Shown in pieces: positions 40,649 to 50,702 of a stretch of 64,000 bases of DNA. The translations under genes were made by a program, and so were the position numbers. The DNA comes from Sedimentisphaerales bacterium (GTDB lineage: Bacteria > Planctomycetota > Phycisphaerae > Sedimentisphaerales > SM23-30): positions 32,001 through 96,000 of the forward strand of contig CAXXFK010000021.1 of assembly GCA_963663965.2 (NCBI GenBank). Reading direction: 5' to 3'. The stretch's first letter is position 1. Each line of letters starts with the position of its first letter. The notes beneath the pieces were generated by a model. That model searched no databases, was not told the DNA's origin, and worked only from the letters and a program-made list of their open reading frames with translations.

Positions 40649-42397
40649 CTAAACCATCTGTTGTCGATGGGATGAAACTGACACGACCAGACCAATCACG
40701 CTGGCAATGGCAAATAGCGTCGCCGCGAAAATCCCCATGACCTTCGCCGAACCGGGATTGATCACCGCCAGTACCGCCATCATCACGCCACAAATACCAA
40801 TACTCCATGCCACCACCAAAGCCGGCAGTCGACTGGCCCTGACTTGCCCACGGCTCTCCAGTAGGGTTTCCTCCGCGGCCAGTTGCTCAATGCGGACATA
40901 ACCCGGATCCACTCGTGAGCCCGAAACGACCTGGATAATCCCCAATATCACCAACGGCAAGATGACGCCCGTAAATGTCTTCATCATCGACATGTGAGCC
41001 TGAATCCACTCAGCCCAACCCGCCAGCGCCGGTATTGAAGCCAGAAACCCTCCCTGGTCCAGGCCAAACCGAACGATAAATCCAACAGCAAATCCTATCC
41101 CGGCCGTTACCCATACCGCCATGCGATTCACCCGGCGACTGAATACACCCCATATTGTCGGCGCTAGTAATGAAACGCACATAATCTCGGTAATCGAAAC
41201 AACCACCTTTTCAGCTCCGCCCATTACCGGGATCAACACGGCGATAACAATCAGGAATCCACCCAGTAATATTGTAAACCATCGCCCTGCCGCAACCATC
41301 TGCGTATCGCTTGGGATAACGCGACGCATGGGACGATAGATGTCGTTGGTAAGCACCCCGGAAAATACATTCAATTGCGAACTGACCATACTCGCCGTCG
41401 CTGAGAACATCGCCGCCAGCATCAATCCAACCATCCCCGGCGGCAAGACGCTTTTACAGGACAGAATATACGCGTTCTCCGCCAGCAACCGAATCTCATC
41501 GTCAGATGCCCCCTCCGGGATGGGCGACTGGATCCGCCACAACATCGGCGGCAACAGCCACAACAATGGACTTAATAAATAAAGACCGCCAAAAAGATAC
41601 GTACTCTTACGCGCGTCACGGGCGCTGGGCACACAGATAAACCGCTGGACAAAGGCCCACTCCGCCCCGATCATAAAAAAGTGGATCGCGCACCAACCCG
41701 CCAGAAAAAACCAGGTGTATTCTCCGCCAATCGGCTTGAAAAACCCATCCGGCGCCTGATGGATAAAACGGCTCACCCCGCCTACCTTGATAAATGCCAG
41801 CGGCACCACAAATAAAACCGCCAGGTTCAACACAATAAACTGCAAGACATCGGTCATCAAAACCGCCCACAACCCGCCAAACATGGTATATAAAACAACA
41901 ACCCCGCCAAAGAGAACGATGGCAGAATTCAATCCCGCCGAAGAAAACTCCCCGTTGGTCAACAATGCCATGAAAATTGTACCCAGCGCGTAAAGCGACC
42001 CGGCAGTCGTGATGATCCGGAAAGTCATCATAAACCAGGTATAAAAATGTAACGCTCCCTTGCCATACCGTTGCTGAATAAACTCTGCCGGTGTCTTAAT
42101 GCCAAGCTGCTTCCATTTCCCGGCAATGAAATATCCTACCAATAACGCTGCAACGCCATACATCAGGTTAATGGCGACCGCTACCATACCATACTTATAC
42201 GCGATCCCTCCCCAGACCACAAAAGTATTCGCCGAAAACATGGTCATGAACGCGCTCAATCCGCTGGTCCACCAGGGCGACTGACCGCCCGCCGCAAACA
42301 TATCGGCAGCGCTCTTGTTCTTGCCGGTAAACAGCATCCCCACCGCGATTATCCCTAGTAAATAACCAATGAGCACCACATAATCGGAAGTATGCAT
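40649..42397 (-). CDS. Sodium:solute symporter family transporter
   Basis: MFAAGGQSPWW.SGLS, GGLWAVLMTDVLQ, GLMLAAMFSATAS; many TM helices. Confidence 0.92.
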   Translation of the reverse strand: MHTSDYVVLIGYLLGIIAVGMLFTGKNKSAADMFAAGGQSPWWTSGLSAFMTMFSANTFVVWGGIAYKYGMVAVAINLMYGVAALLVGYFIAGKWKQLGIKTPAEFIQQRYGKGALHFYTWFMMTFRIITTAGSLYALGTIFMALLTNGEFSSAGLNSAIVLFGGVVVLYTMFGGLWAVLMTDVLQFIVLNLAVLFVVPLAFIKVGGVSRFIHQAPDGFFKPIGGEYTWFFLAGWCAIHFFMIGAEWAFVQRFICVPSARDARKSTYLFGGLYLLSPLLWLLPPMLWRIQSPIPEGASDDEIRLLAENAYILSCKSVLPPGMVGLMLAAMFSATASMVSSQLNVFSGVLTNDIYRPMRRVIPSDTQMVAAGRWFTILLGGFLIVIAVLIPVMGGAEKVVVSITEIMCVSLLAPTIWGVFSRRVNRMAVWVTAGIGFAVGFIVRFGLDQGGFLASIPALAGWAEWIQAHMSMMKTFTGVILPLVILGIIQVVSGSRVDPGYVRIEQLAAEETLLESRGQVRASRLPALVVAWSIGICGVMMAVLAVINPGSAKVMGIFAATLFAIASVIGLVVSVSSHRQQMV

Positions 42398-42418
42398 GAA
42401 TTCCTTTCTAAAAAGGGA

Positions 42419-44908
42419 TCAGCGGGTAACTACTCGCAACTGGTCACCAGTTCGTTCTGGAATAATCATAACCGATTTCATCATAAAGCCATAGCCATAA
42501 CCCAAACGTATCGGACGTCGTCCGCCAATCACAATCAGGTCATTATTTTCTCCCCCTTGTGTCGAAAACGTAACGCTACCGGAATAACAGCCTGGTTCCC
42601 GATCCGCTGCCAGATTGCAAATCCGAAATTCTCCACGCCCGGATTCAACAACAAGCGGCAACACGGACACCGATCCATCAAAACCAACCGGCGCTTTCAC
42701 CCGGATTGTGACAGTCTGTCCGGGCTCAAGAGAGTCCAGCCGCCGGCCGCTTTCTGGATCAACAATTTCAACCTTCGTATCGTACTGACAGGTATACGCC
42801 AGCCCCACATTTAATGCAGCATTAAAAGCCGTCCAGCCTTCCGGATGCCGGAAATCTCCTGTTGGATCGAATGGATAATGCTCCGTGGCGCAGGTTGAAC
42901 TGATCGTACCGCGCACCAGTTCCAGCCGGGCACAGGTGTTATCAGGAAACTTCTTGGGCCAGCCTCGTTCCACCCCCCAGAAATCTTTGGGGCCTCGATG
43001 GGCGCTATGCGCCCCCAGTGGATTCCGGCCAAACAGATCATCCCAATGCCCCGCGGCAATCTCTTCCAGACGATGGGCCTTGACTGGATCATCAATCACC
43101 GAAGCAGTCGCCAGACAAAGAGCCGGAAACGCCGCGACATTACCCGGTTCATTCCAGCCGGCGCCGCCATGCGAACCGGCCGTAAACCGGGGCAAAGTCC
43201 ATTCGATATCATCATAGCGGCGGAAATCCCACATATTATCCGATCGCGCGATCATGATATCCACCCATTGTTTGATCTTATCACGCAAACCCTCCGGCGC
43301 CTGACGCGGATAATCCCGCAAAAACAGGATCAGACCCGTCATCAGCTTATGTTCACTCATACGTTGCCCTTTTGTGGTAACCGGATCATTAAAATCCACC
43401 TGATCGATCACCCACCGGGTCTGCGCGGCCGCCGCCTGAATAAACCGTTCCGCGTCCTCCCGGCCTTCGCGCCGGGCCACTCGCGCCATCAACAGATTCG
43501 GCATAATACTATGTCCGGGGCAATGGCGACCTTTATAAGTGCCAATTGTTTCAATCACTTCAAACAGACCGGCTTTTTCCCACTGTTCAAAAGCAAAATC
43601 ACGCGCCTGCCGATAAAACGCGTTACTGAAATACGGTTTAAAATAAGCATAGCCATAAAGAAAATAAGCAAACTGCTCTACTGTCTGGGCATGGATTTGT
43701 TCCGGTAACGGATCACTCGATGGATCACGCGTAGCGGGATCCATTAAATAATACCCAATCCCCCAGTGGATCAGTTTCATGATATCCGGTACCTGATCAC
43801 CCACCGGAGGATCCAGTTCAGTAAAATAACGCCGGGTTGCCTCCATCACATCTTGATCATTTGGCGCTCGAACCAGCTTGAAATCATCCGCCAGAAATTT
43901 CGCCTTATCCGTTTCATAATTAATTTCGATCGGGGCATGCTCAAAAAATGCCGGATTGGCCAGGTACATCAATATCAGCGAAGGCACTTCATAACTGTAA
44001 TACGTACCATCTCGCCATGGACTTCCACCGTACGCCGAGGGATGTGTTCCAATGACACTGCGGCAATCAACCATAAACCGCAAAGCCGGCTCCAGACTTG
44101 CCTGCTCCATCATGAACGGACGAATCACAAACGGATCGGATTGTCCTGTCTTCAAATTTCCACCAGATACAACTACACAATATTCCTGCTCTCCGTTATC
44201 CGGTTGAAAATCGCTGAAATCACCCAATCCCTTATAGACTCGTCCCTGATAAACCGCTCGATTGGTTTTAACTTCAACGACACTGAAATCAGCCTCCCCT
44301 TCCACCAGCGGCGCGGTAAAACGCTTGGGCCCATTCAAATCATAACCGCTCTGGTTGACAAACACAAAATACGTGGTATACTCCGGCTTTGGCTTGGGTC
44401 CGCTCTTCATCACCGACTCATAACTCGCCGCCGGCGCCAATACGCGTACCTCCGCTACCCGGGCAATCCCATCATCGTTAATCACGAGCCGGATCTTGTC
44501 CGATTGAATCGCAGGCTTAATGATAAACTGTAATCCCGCCTGGGTATTCGACTGCCCACTCGCATCAGCAATCCTGCGCCACTGTGTGCCATCCCAGAAC
44601 TCAAACCGGAAATTTGAGACAGGATCCACCCATTGATCGTTCTCTTTCCACCCACTCGCCAGTTGCAGACAGCCAATCTCAACTTTTCTGCCCAGATCGA
44701 GTGTTATCATATGCGGTCCATTGCTTTTCTCGCTCAGCCAGCGACTGTCGTTGGCAACCTGATTATCGATCGCCTTTTGGGGCTGATACGGCTCCTGATA
44801 AACCGAGCTGGCCGTCACTACCGCATGCAAAGCGTAATTAACCGGTTCGTCAGCCCGACTCTGTGTTACCATCACCAGCATCACAACTAAAATTAATAGC
44901 CGCCTCAT
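42419..44908 (-). CDS. Secreted protein: discoidin (F5/8 type C) + Ig-like + divergent GH9-like catalytic region
   Basis: Signal peptide; ASSVY..YQPQKAID..SRW discoidin; VNQSGY..PKRF; GRNP and HPEGWTAFNAAL motifs. Confidence 0.65.
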   Translation of the reverse strand: MRRLLILVVMLVMVTQSRADEPVNYALHAVVTASSVYQEPYQPQKAIDNQVANDSRWLSEKSNGPHMITLDLGRKVEIGCLQLASGWKENDQWVDPVSNFRFEFWDGTQWRRIADASGQSNTQAGLQFIIKPAIQSDKIRLVINDDGIARVAEVRVLAPAASYESVMKSGPKPKPEYTTYFVFVNQSGYDLNGPKRFTAPLVEGEADFSVVEVKTNRAVYQGRVYKGLGDFSDFQPDNGEQEYCVVVSGGNLKTGQSDPFVIRPFMMEQASLEPALRFMVDCRSVIGTHPSAYGGSPWRDGTYYSYEVPSLILMYLANPAFFEHAPIEINYETDKAKFLADDFKLVRAPNDQDVMEATRRYFTELDPPVGDQVPDIMKLIHWGIGYYLMDPATRDPSSDPLPEQIHAQTVEQFAYFLYGYAYFKPYFSNAFYRQARDFAFEQWEKAGLFEVIETIGTYKGRHCPGHSIMPNLLMARVARREGREDAERFIQAAAAQTRWVIDQVDFNDPVTTKGQRMSEHKLMTGLILFLRDYPRQAPEGLRDKIKQWVDIMIARSDNMWDFRRYDDIEWTLPRFTAGSHGGAGWNEPGNVAAFPALCLATASVIDDPVKAHRLEEIAAGHWDDLFGRNPLGAHSAHRGPKDFWGVERGWPKKFPDNTCARLELVRGTISSTCATEHYPFDPTGDFRHPEGWTAFNAALNVGLAYTCQYDTKVEIVDPESGRRLDSLEPGQTVTIRVKAPVGFDGSVSVLPLVVESGRGEFRICNLAADREPGCYSGSVTFSTQGGENNDLIVIGGRRPIRLGYGYGFMMKSVMIIPERTGDQLRVVTR

Positions 44909-44973
44909 TAATCTATACTCCTTGAATCATAAATCACCGGGATTATTTCAGCCATATACCAGAGATATCACCA

Positions 44974-47391
44974 TTATTCATAACAGCGAACTTCAAACAA
45001 CGCGGCCGGCCAGCCGCTTTCGGGATGATCCAGCTCAATGCGTAGCAAATCGGTATGTACCGGATGATCAAAACGGATAATATTACGGGTTTGATGATTA
45101 TCCTCTCTGCGATAGAGACATTTCCCATCGCCGCCATAAATACGATAACTTCGCACACAACCCGGCATGATATTGAATGGATGTCCCATCAATACCGACT
45201 CCATCGGGTGATCCGCGTCCGTATCGAAGGTCAGTTCGATCCGTCGAATAGCCTTCGATTCCAACCAGCTCAAAGTAAGAACGGGTTGTGTATCACCCGG
45301 ATCAGCCACCCAGGCATTGGATTGTCCGACTGGCCGGTTAACACCACTTACCAGATTGTCCATATCCCAATTATTCTGCGGTTCATCCAGCCTGAGAGCC
45401 AGATTACGCCCAGCAGGATACCGTTGCGGAATCCAGAATTCCATCGTATCGACGCCGATGTCCCTTTCCGGTTTTTGCACCTGACTGGTATTGACACGGG
45501 GATTCGATTGCAGGACCAGTGACATCATCCCGGTAACTCGCGTTTCACTGGTGCGTATAGAAATCTCCGGATTGGCGCTTAAACAGATAAATACATATTG
45601 ATCGGACTGGATTTCCGTGGAAAAACAGACAGAGACCTTCTGGGAAGCTGACTTGAAAATCTGGATAGCCTCCGCGTCAGCGGCGGATACGGTGACTACT
45701 TTCTGTTGATTCTCACTACCCCTTGCGACGGCCTGATGGTTCTTTTGCTGACCGATGGCGGATACCTCCCCCTGAACGATTTCCGGCCGGATTGCGATCC
45801 GGACAGTTTCCAATATGGTATCCGGGGTAAAGCTGCCCTCCCGGCTGCAAATCCGCAACTGGCATTCCAGCTCGGTTGATCGCGACGCCTGTACGCTAAA
45901 TTCCATCGGCGGAATCTTTCCCGCCTTCACCGGGATCAACATGGCCCGCGCATCCTTCAGCGGCTGCCAGGGCCCATCCGCCGGTAATTCCTGCAACCGA
46001 AAACGACTGCTTACCGAGAGCAGTGCGCTGCGCGTCAGATCCTCAGGATCTTTCAAACGCAAATGCGGAATATACTGGCCGCGCTTGAGCAGTTCCTGTT
46101 GGAATTGCTCAATACATCCCGGCTGACTCAAATCACGCGGCATCAGACTGTCCCGCTTGCAAAGTGCCGCCGCCACTGCCACGGCCTGGGCATTATGCGC
46201 GCAGGTCATCATGACACGTGTCGAGCCACAGGCCACATGGCTGGCGCTGAGGAGCCGGCCTGCCAGAAATAAATTGTTAATATTCCGGCTGTACATACAG
46301 CGATACGGAATTGGATATACCCCCTTGGAATGCCATTGATCGCAACCGGGTTTATTGCTGTATATCCCATCTGCCGGATGTAAATCGATCGCCCAGCCAC
46401 CGTATGAAACGGCGTCAGCATGCCGCCGCTGTTCAATAATATCGCGCTGAGTCAGGATATAATCGCCCTCAAATCGCCGGCTCTCTCGTTTGCCTGGTAT
46501 CGTACCCACCCACTCCAGTGTCATGGTCTCCGCCTCGGGAAACTCACCCGAGTTTTTTATATAATCCCAGACGCCATAAACGATTTTCCACAACTCCCAC
46601 TTGATCGTTTCGCTGTCATGAACAGTATCGAGCCGGCCGCCATATTCGATCCACCAGAGTTGACAGCCATGTTCATTTTTCTTGAAATTACGGTACCGTG
46701 GAATCTGGGTGATATCTTTCAGGGCAAAACTCGGTGGAACATACTTTACTGGCACACCCACGTCTTTGGAATAAAAGAATATCGAATGCCCCATCAGCGC
46801 GCCATATTCTATCGAAGGGGCAAATCTTTCATCAAACTCTTCCGGCCCTTCCGCCCCCATCCGAAACGCCGCCCCGGCCAGAAAACCAACAACACCATCG
46901 CCGCTGGCATCGCAAAACAATGGCGCCGACACCTGGTATCGCGTTGCATTCTGCGGACAAAAAGCCGTTAATGACCGGATAGTATCCGGATTCGATTTCT
47001 CCAGATCGTAAACCACCGTATTCAACAACAGTGTGATATTCGGCTCTTCTATCACCTTTTCCAGCAACACGGTATCATAAATAACCGGATTGCCTTCCGG
47101 GTTGCGATACGTGTTTTCCACCAGAATCTCATCGATCACCCCGCCTTCGCGCGCCCAACGGTTATTATTTCCCATATGCGAGGTGGCGCCCAGCGCCCAT
47201 AACCTGACTTCACTCGAAGAATTCCCCCCCAGTACCGGCCGGTCCTGGATCAAAATCACCTTGAGTCCGGCCCGTGCCGCCGTTATTGCGCAACACACCC
47301 CGGCCAGCCCCCCGCCGGCAATCGCCAGATCGCAGGACAACTCAGTAACTCGCAACTTATTACTTTCAGACGGCTTACTTATCGATAACAC
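44974..47391 (-). CDS. FAD-dependent oxidoreductase
   Basis: GGGLAGVCCAITAAR, QDRPVLGGNSSSE, DASGDG, PGKRESRRFEGDY, GGWAIDLHP, GSTRVM. Confidence 0.9.
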   Translation of the reverse strand: MLSISKPSESNKLRVTELSCDLAIAGGGLAGVCCAITAARAGLKVILIQDRPVLGGNSSSEVRLWALGATSHMGNNNRWAREGGVIDEILVENTYRNPEGNPVIYDTVLLEKVIEEPNITLLLNTVVYDLEKSNPDTIRSLTAFCPQNATRYQVSAPLFCDASGDGVVGFLAGAAFRMGAEGPEEFDERFAPSIEYGALMGHSIFFYSKDVGVPVKYVPPSFALKDITQIPRYRNFKKNEHGCQLWWIEYGGRLDTVHDSETIKWELWKIVYGVWDYIKNSGEFPEAETMTLEWVGTIPGKRESRRFEGDYILTQRDIIEQRRHADAVSYGGWAIDLHPADGIYSNKPGCDQWHSKGVYPIPYRCMYSRNINNLFLAGRLLSASHVACGSTRVMMTCAHNAQAVAVAAALCKRDSLMPRDLSQPGCIEQFQQELLKRGQYIPHLRLKDPEDLTRSALLSVSSRFRLQELPADGPWQPLKDARAMLIPVKAGKIPPMEFSVQASRSTELECQLRICSREGSFTPDTILETVRIAIRPEIVQGEVSAIGQQKNHQAVARGSENQQKVVTVSAADAEAIQIFKSASQKVSVCFSTEIQSDQYVFICLSANPEISIRTSETRVTGMMSLVLQSNPRVNTSQVQKPERDIGVDTMEFWIPQRYPAGRNLALRLDEPQNNWDMDNLVSGVNRPVGQSNAWVADPGDTQPVLTLSWLESKAIRRIELTFDTDADHPMESVLMGHPFNIMPGCVRSYRIYGGDGKCLYRREDNHQTRNIIRFDHPVHTDLLRIELDHPESGWPAALFEVRCYE

Positions 47392-47486
47392 AATACGTTC
47401 CTTTATACCGGCATCTCTATCACTATACGTTATTCTCTTTTCTTGTCCTGGTCATCCGCCGATTTCTATTATAATATACCGATCGC

Positions 47487-48344
47487 TTATTTAGACAAGG
47501 TATTATCCACTTTATTCATCCAGCTGGGCCATTGCCAGGATGCCGTTCGCCAATACTGCGTATCGAATTCGCGATGCCACTTCAGTGTCCATAGCTCCTT
47601 CACCGATACCCGGCGTACCGACCAGTCCAGAAACAACATATTCACCCCGCCAAAGTGCCGGTTATGACAGATACGGTTAATCTCACCACTCGCCGGCGGC
47701 CAGATAAATTCACCATTCTGATCCGAACTGGGCATATCCGTAAAATGAGGCCGTGCTAACGGAAAACCGGCGTCAGCCAGTACAGGGATATTATTACCGC
47801 CTCGCTGATTTGTCTTTTTCCAGTTCATGTGATGATCGTAACCGGAAGCGTTCACATCCCGATTATTAATAAACCAGTTGATCCCATAGCTGCCCGAAAC
47901 ACCCAGCAATTTACTCTCCGATTCGGAAAGCGGACTGTTATAAAAACTTGGATTCATCGCTGGATCCGGATCAAAATACCAGGCCGCCCAGGGTAACTTG
48001 CCGCCTTGATGCTCATTTCGGTCAGCGCGCGGACATAACAATATCTCCGGATCCTGATACAACTTACGAGTAACATAAACCCACATATTATTCGTATCGT
48101 TGATCGGGGTGCTGGCGCTGCCACCCACCCAGCCCCGCATGAACGAACCATCATAATCACTGGTATACATGTCAAACACCACTCCCCACTGGTGCAGATT
48201 GGCCATACAGATCGAATTCTTGGCTTGATCCCGCGCCTTGCCCAATGCCGGCATTAAAATGGCCACCAGTAACGCGATGATCGATATCACCACCAGTAAC
48301 TCTATCAAGGTAAATCCATAGCGCCGCTTCTTCATAATCGTCAT
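47487..48344 (-). CDS. Prepilin-type N-terminal cleavage/methylation protein (DUF1559-like, H-X9-D motif)
   Basis: KKRRYGFTLIELLVVISIIALLVAILMPALGKAR..C..NL and C-terminal RHFGGVNMLFLDW. GGAGG RBS before the ATG at 48344. Confidence 0.9.
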   Translation of the reverse strand: MTIMKKRRYGFTLIELLVVISIIALLVAILMPALGKARDQAKNSICMANLHQWGVVFDMYTSDYDGSFMRGWVGGSASTPINDTNNMWVYVTRKLYQDPEILLCPRADRNEHQGGKLPWAAWYFDPDPAMNPSFYNSPLSESESKLLGVSGSYGINWFINNRDVNASGYDHHMNWKKTNQRGGNNIPVLADAGFPLARPHFTDMPSSDQNGEFIWPPASGEINRICHNRHFGGVNMLFLDWSVRRVSVKELWTLKWHREFDTQYWRTASWQWPSWMNKVDNTLSK

Positions 48345-48424
48345 GGCCTCCACAAGAATGAATTCGTCGATCAATTGGGTCTGGACATTAGATAATATAA
48401 CCACATTCTAACGGGTATGTCTTT

Positions 48425-48488
48425 ATTATGCCCTCAGGACAAATCCGAATCCACCCCACTTTGCGAATTTCTTTCCCCATTTTGCGAA
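48425..48488 (-). promoter_or_regulatory. Putative activator-dependent promoter with tandem operator for the prepilin operon
   Basis: CATAAT (-10) at 48430-48425, 17-bp spacer, weak TGGATT (-35), abutted by a 14-bp direct repeat with a 21-bp period. Confidence 0.45.
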
Positions 48489-48940
48489 CGATACCCGGAA
48501 CCCGATTTTTGCCGCTCTGCAGGCTGGCTTATTCTCAGCTATTCCAGTGATCAATTTACAAACTACGATTGAATCCATAGGTATATCTTGCCGCGAACGA
48601 TCTGTCTTGCCTCATAGTTGAAATTCTAAAACTACGATATAAAGCTCCCTTAACGACAATAAATCACCCTTTCAACCACGAATCATCAAATATTTATTCG
48701 CATAACCTTTTTAATGCAAATAGGATAGCCAAACAGTATTATCTGATAATTGTATTGGAAATTATCACTTGAGATATTAAACTGTATATTCTGGGCAATT
48801 TGTGATTAAGAGTGCCTGACAAAATGGATTGAGTTGCAAGCCCAACATGTGGCCGGCCGCAGTGGCAATCCCGGAGAGTCAGGTGGTTCGAATGGTTTCC
48901 CGACAGGCGAAGAATGGTTAACCTGTAAATTTAAGGAGTT

Positions 48941-50206
48941 GTGATGATTAAATTTCGGTGTCAACAGTGCAACAAGAAAATCGGTGTCCCGGATGATTAC
49001 GCCGGAAAATCGGTTCGATGTCCCCAGTGCCACACTGTCGTCAACGTCCCTCAACCGCAAGCAACAGAAACACCGGCTATGGAATCGCAACCCTATGGCG
49101 AAATAAGCGGTGGGCGATTAATGGACGCCCTGGGTGATCTGGAATCAGCTACTCCAACCAACGAGGCCTATCATGTGGCGGAAGAGGAAAAGTGCTGCCC
49201 GGCGTGCGGAAAACAACTATCAGCCAAAGCTCGAAAATGCAACCGTTGCGGCGAACGCCTGGAACCAACCGCAACAGTAGCTACTGCCCAAACCACGCAC
49301 CAGGTATTCCATCGCCCGACCGCCAAGTCATCCCGGTCGGATATCTGGTACGCCGGTTTCTGGCGTCGAACTCTGGCTTATGTGATTGATAATGTGGCGT
49401 TTTACATCATGCTGTATGGAATCTCCCGTGGCATAGGATTCATCCTGAAAAAAATGGTCGAATCCGGTGCCCTGAGCGCAGATTCCATCCGAGACAACGC
49501 CCAGATGCTCACCTGGATTTTTATGGCATTTCCAGTCATTATTTTCTGGCTCTATTATGCCATCTCGGAAAGCGGCACGCATCAGGCAACCATCGGCAAA
49601 CGCCTTCTTGGTCTTTATGTAACCGATACCGATGGCCGCGCGATCACCTTTGCCCGGGCCACCGGGCGTCATTTTGCCAAAATCTTCTCCTTCGCTTTCT
49701 TTGGTCTGGGTATCATTATTACCGGTTTTACCCGACAAAAACAGGGCGCCCATGACATGCTCTCCGGCTGCCTGGTGCTTTCTTATAACCCAACCGGATG
49801 CGGCAACCAGACCCAAAACGCCCCGCGCGGCTTTTTCCATTGGGTGGGCGTATCAGTATCCGCAGCGGTTGCGATTGCCTTGTTCTTTGCTATAGCCATT
49901 CCCGTTGGCCAACGAATCATAAATGGCTCGGCCAAAACCCCTGACAGGCAAACTTCACGCGTATCGGATCCTTCCGCTTCAGACCCGGATCAGACACCAG
50001 ACAGATCTGCCAATATCCCCTCAATCGCCGAACGCGCGGCCGCGGCTCGCGCAAACAGGGCAAACAGAACCTCACCCGGAATCGCGGATTCACAAGCCAA
50101 TCAACCGATACCCCCCTCTCCCGAAAATAATAATCCGACCTCGACGACTCAACCGCCAAATTCCCGGCCGGCCAATAGAATCCCCCGGACTCAGCGGCCT
50201 TTATAG
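48941..50206 (+). CDS. Zinc-ribbon + RDD family membrane protein (ends at an in-frame TAG)
   Basis: CxxC...CxxC ribbons; YAGFWRRTLAYVID, QATIGKR, KQGAHDMLSG RDD motifs; AAGGAG RBS. Confidence 0.85.
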   Translation: MMIKFRCQQCNKKIGVPDDYAGKSVRCPQCHTVVNVPQPQATETPAMESQPYGEISGGRLMDALGDLESATPTNEAYHVAEEEKCCPACGKQLSAKARKCNRCGERLEPTATVATAQTTHQVFHRPTAKSSRSDIWYAGFWRRTLAYVIDNVAFYIMLYGISRGIGFILKKMVESGALSADSIRDNAQMLTWIFMAFPVIIFWLYYAISESGTHQATIGKRLLGLYVTDTDGRAITFARATGRHFAKIFSFAFFGLGIIITGFTRQKQGAHDMLSGCLVLSYNPTGCGNQTQNAPRGFFHWVGVSVSAAVAIALFFAIAIPVGQRIINGSAKTPDRQTSRVSDPSASDPDQTPDRSANIPSIAERAAAARANRANRTSPGIADSQANQPIPPSPENNNPTSTTQPPNSRPANRIPRTQRPL

Positions 50207-50674
50207 CCTTTTGAAATTCCATACAGTCTGTCCGTTCCGGCCCCCTTCAAAATACAGCAGGATAGAACCAATGAAAAAATATATACGATTAACGGCGAAC
50301 GAATGAACATGAATACGGCGGGACCCATGTTCGCAATCGAAACCATCCCGACCATGATGGGACGCTCGAATCCGGAACAAATGAAAGAAGAAGCCCTCCA
50401 GCGCTACACCTTTATGCCCGGCAGTTTCAAAGAGCAAACTCCCCGGCAGGATATTGCGGCAGTAACGATTAATGGCTTAAATGGCCTCACCAGTAGTGGC
50501 ACCTGTAACCATTTCTTTACCAACGCCAATATGGAAATTGTTCAGACCATGCTTTGGAACGATAGAGTTACTTACTTCCTCTGGGGCATCGCCCCAGCCC
50601 AAGAAATGGGATCCTATCGTCCCATCTTTAAGCAAATGATCGATTCATTCAAACTGGAGGATACCCCCCGGTAA
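50207..50674 (+). pseudogene. In-frame continuation of the RDD gene after the TAG (ORF track calls 50303..50674)
   Basis: Same frame as 48941; no stop between TAG 50204-50206 and TAA 50674; no clear RBS before 50303. Confidence 0.55.
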
Positions 50675-50702
50675 ACATCCGGAATCTGGAGCGTTTGTCC
50701 TT

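Noticed and set aside
48744..48767. TGATAATT-N8-AATTATCA as a Fur box
   Set aside because: Spacing does not fit the 7-1-7 Fur consensus; AT-rich context.
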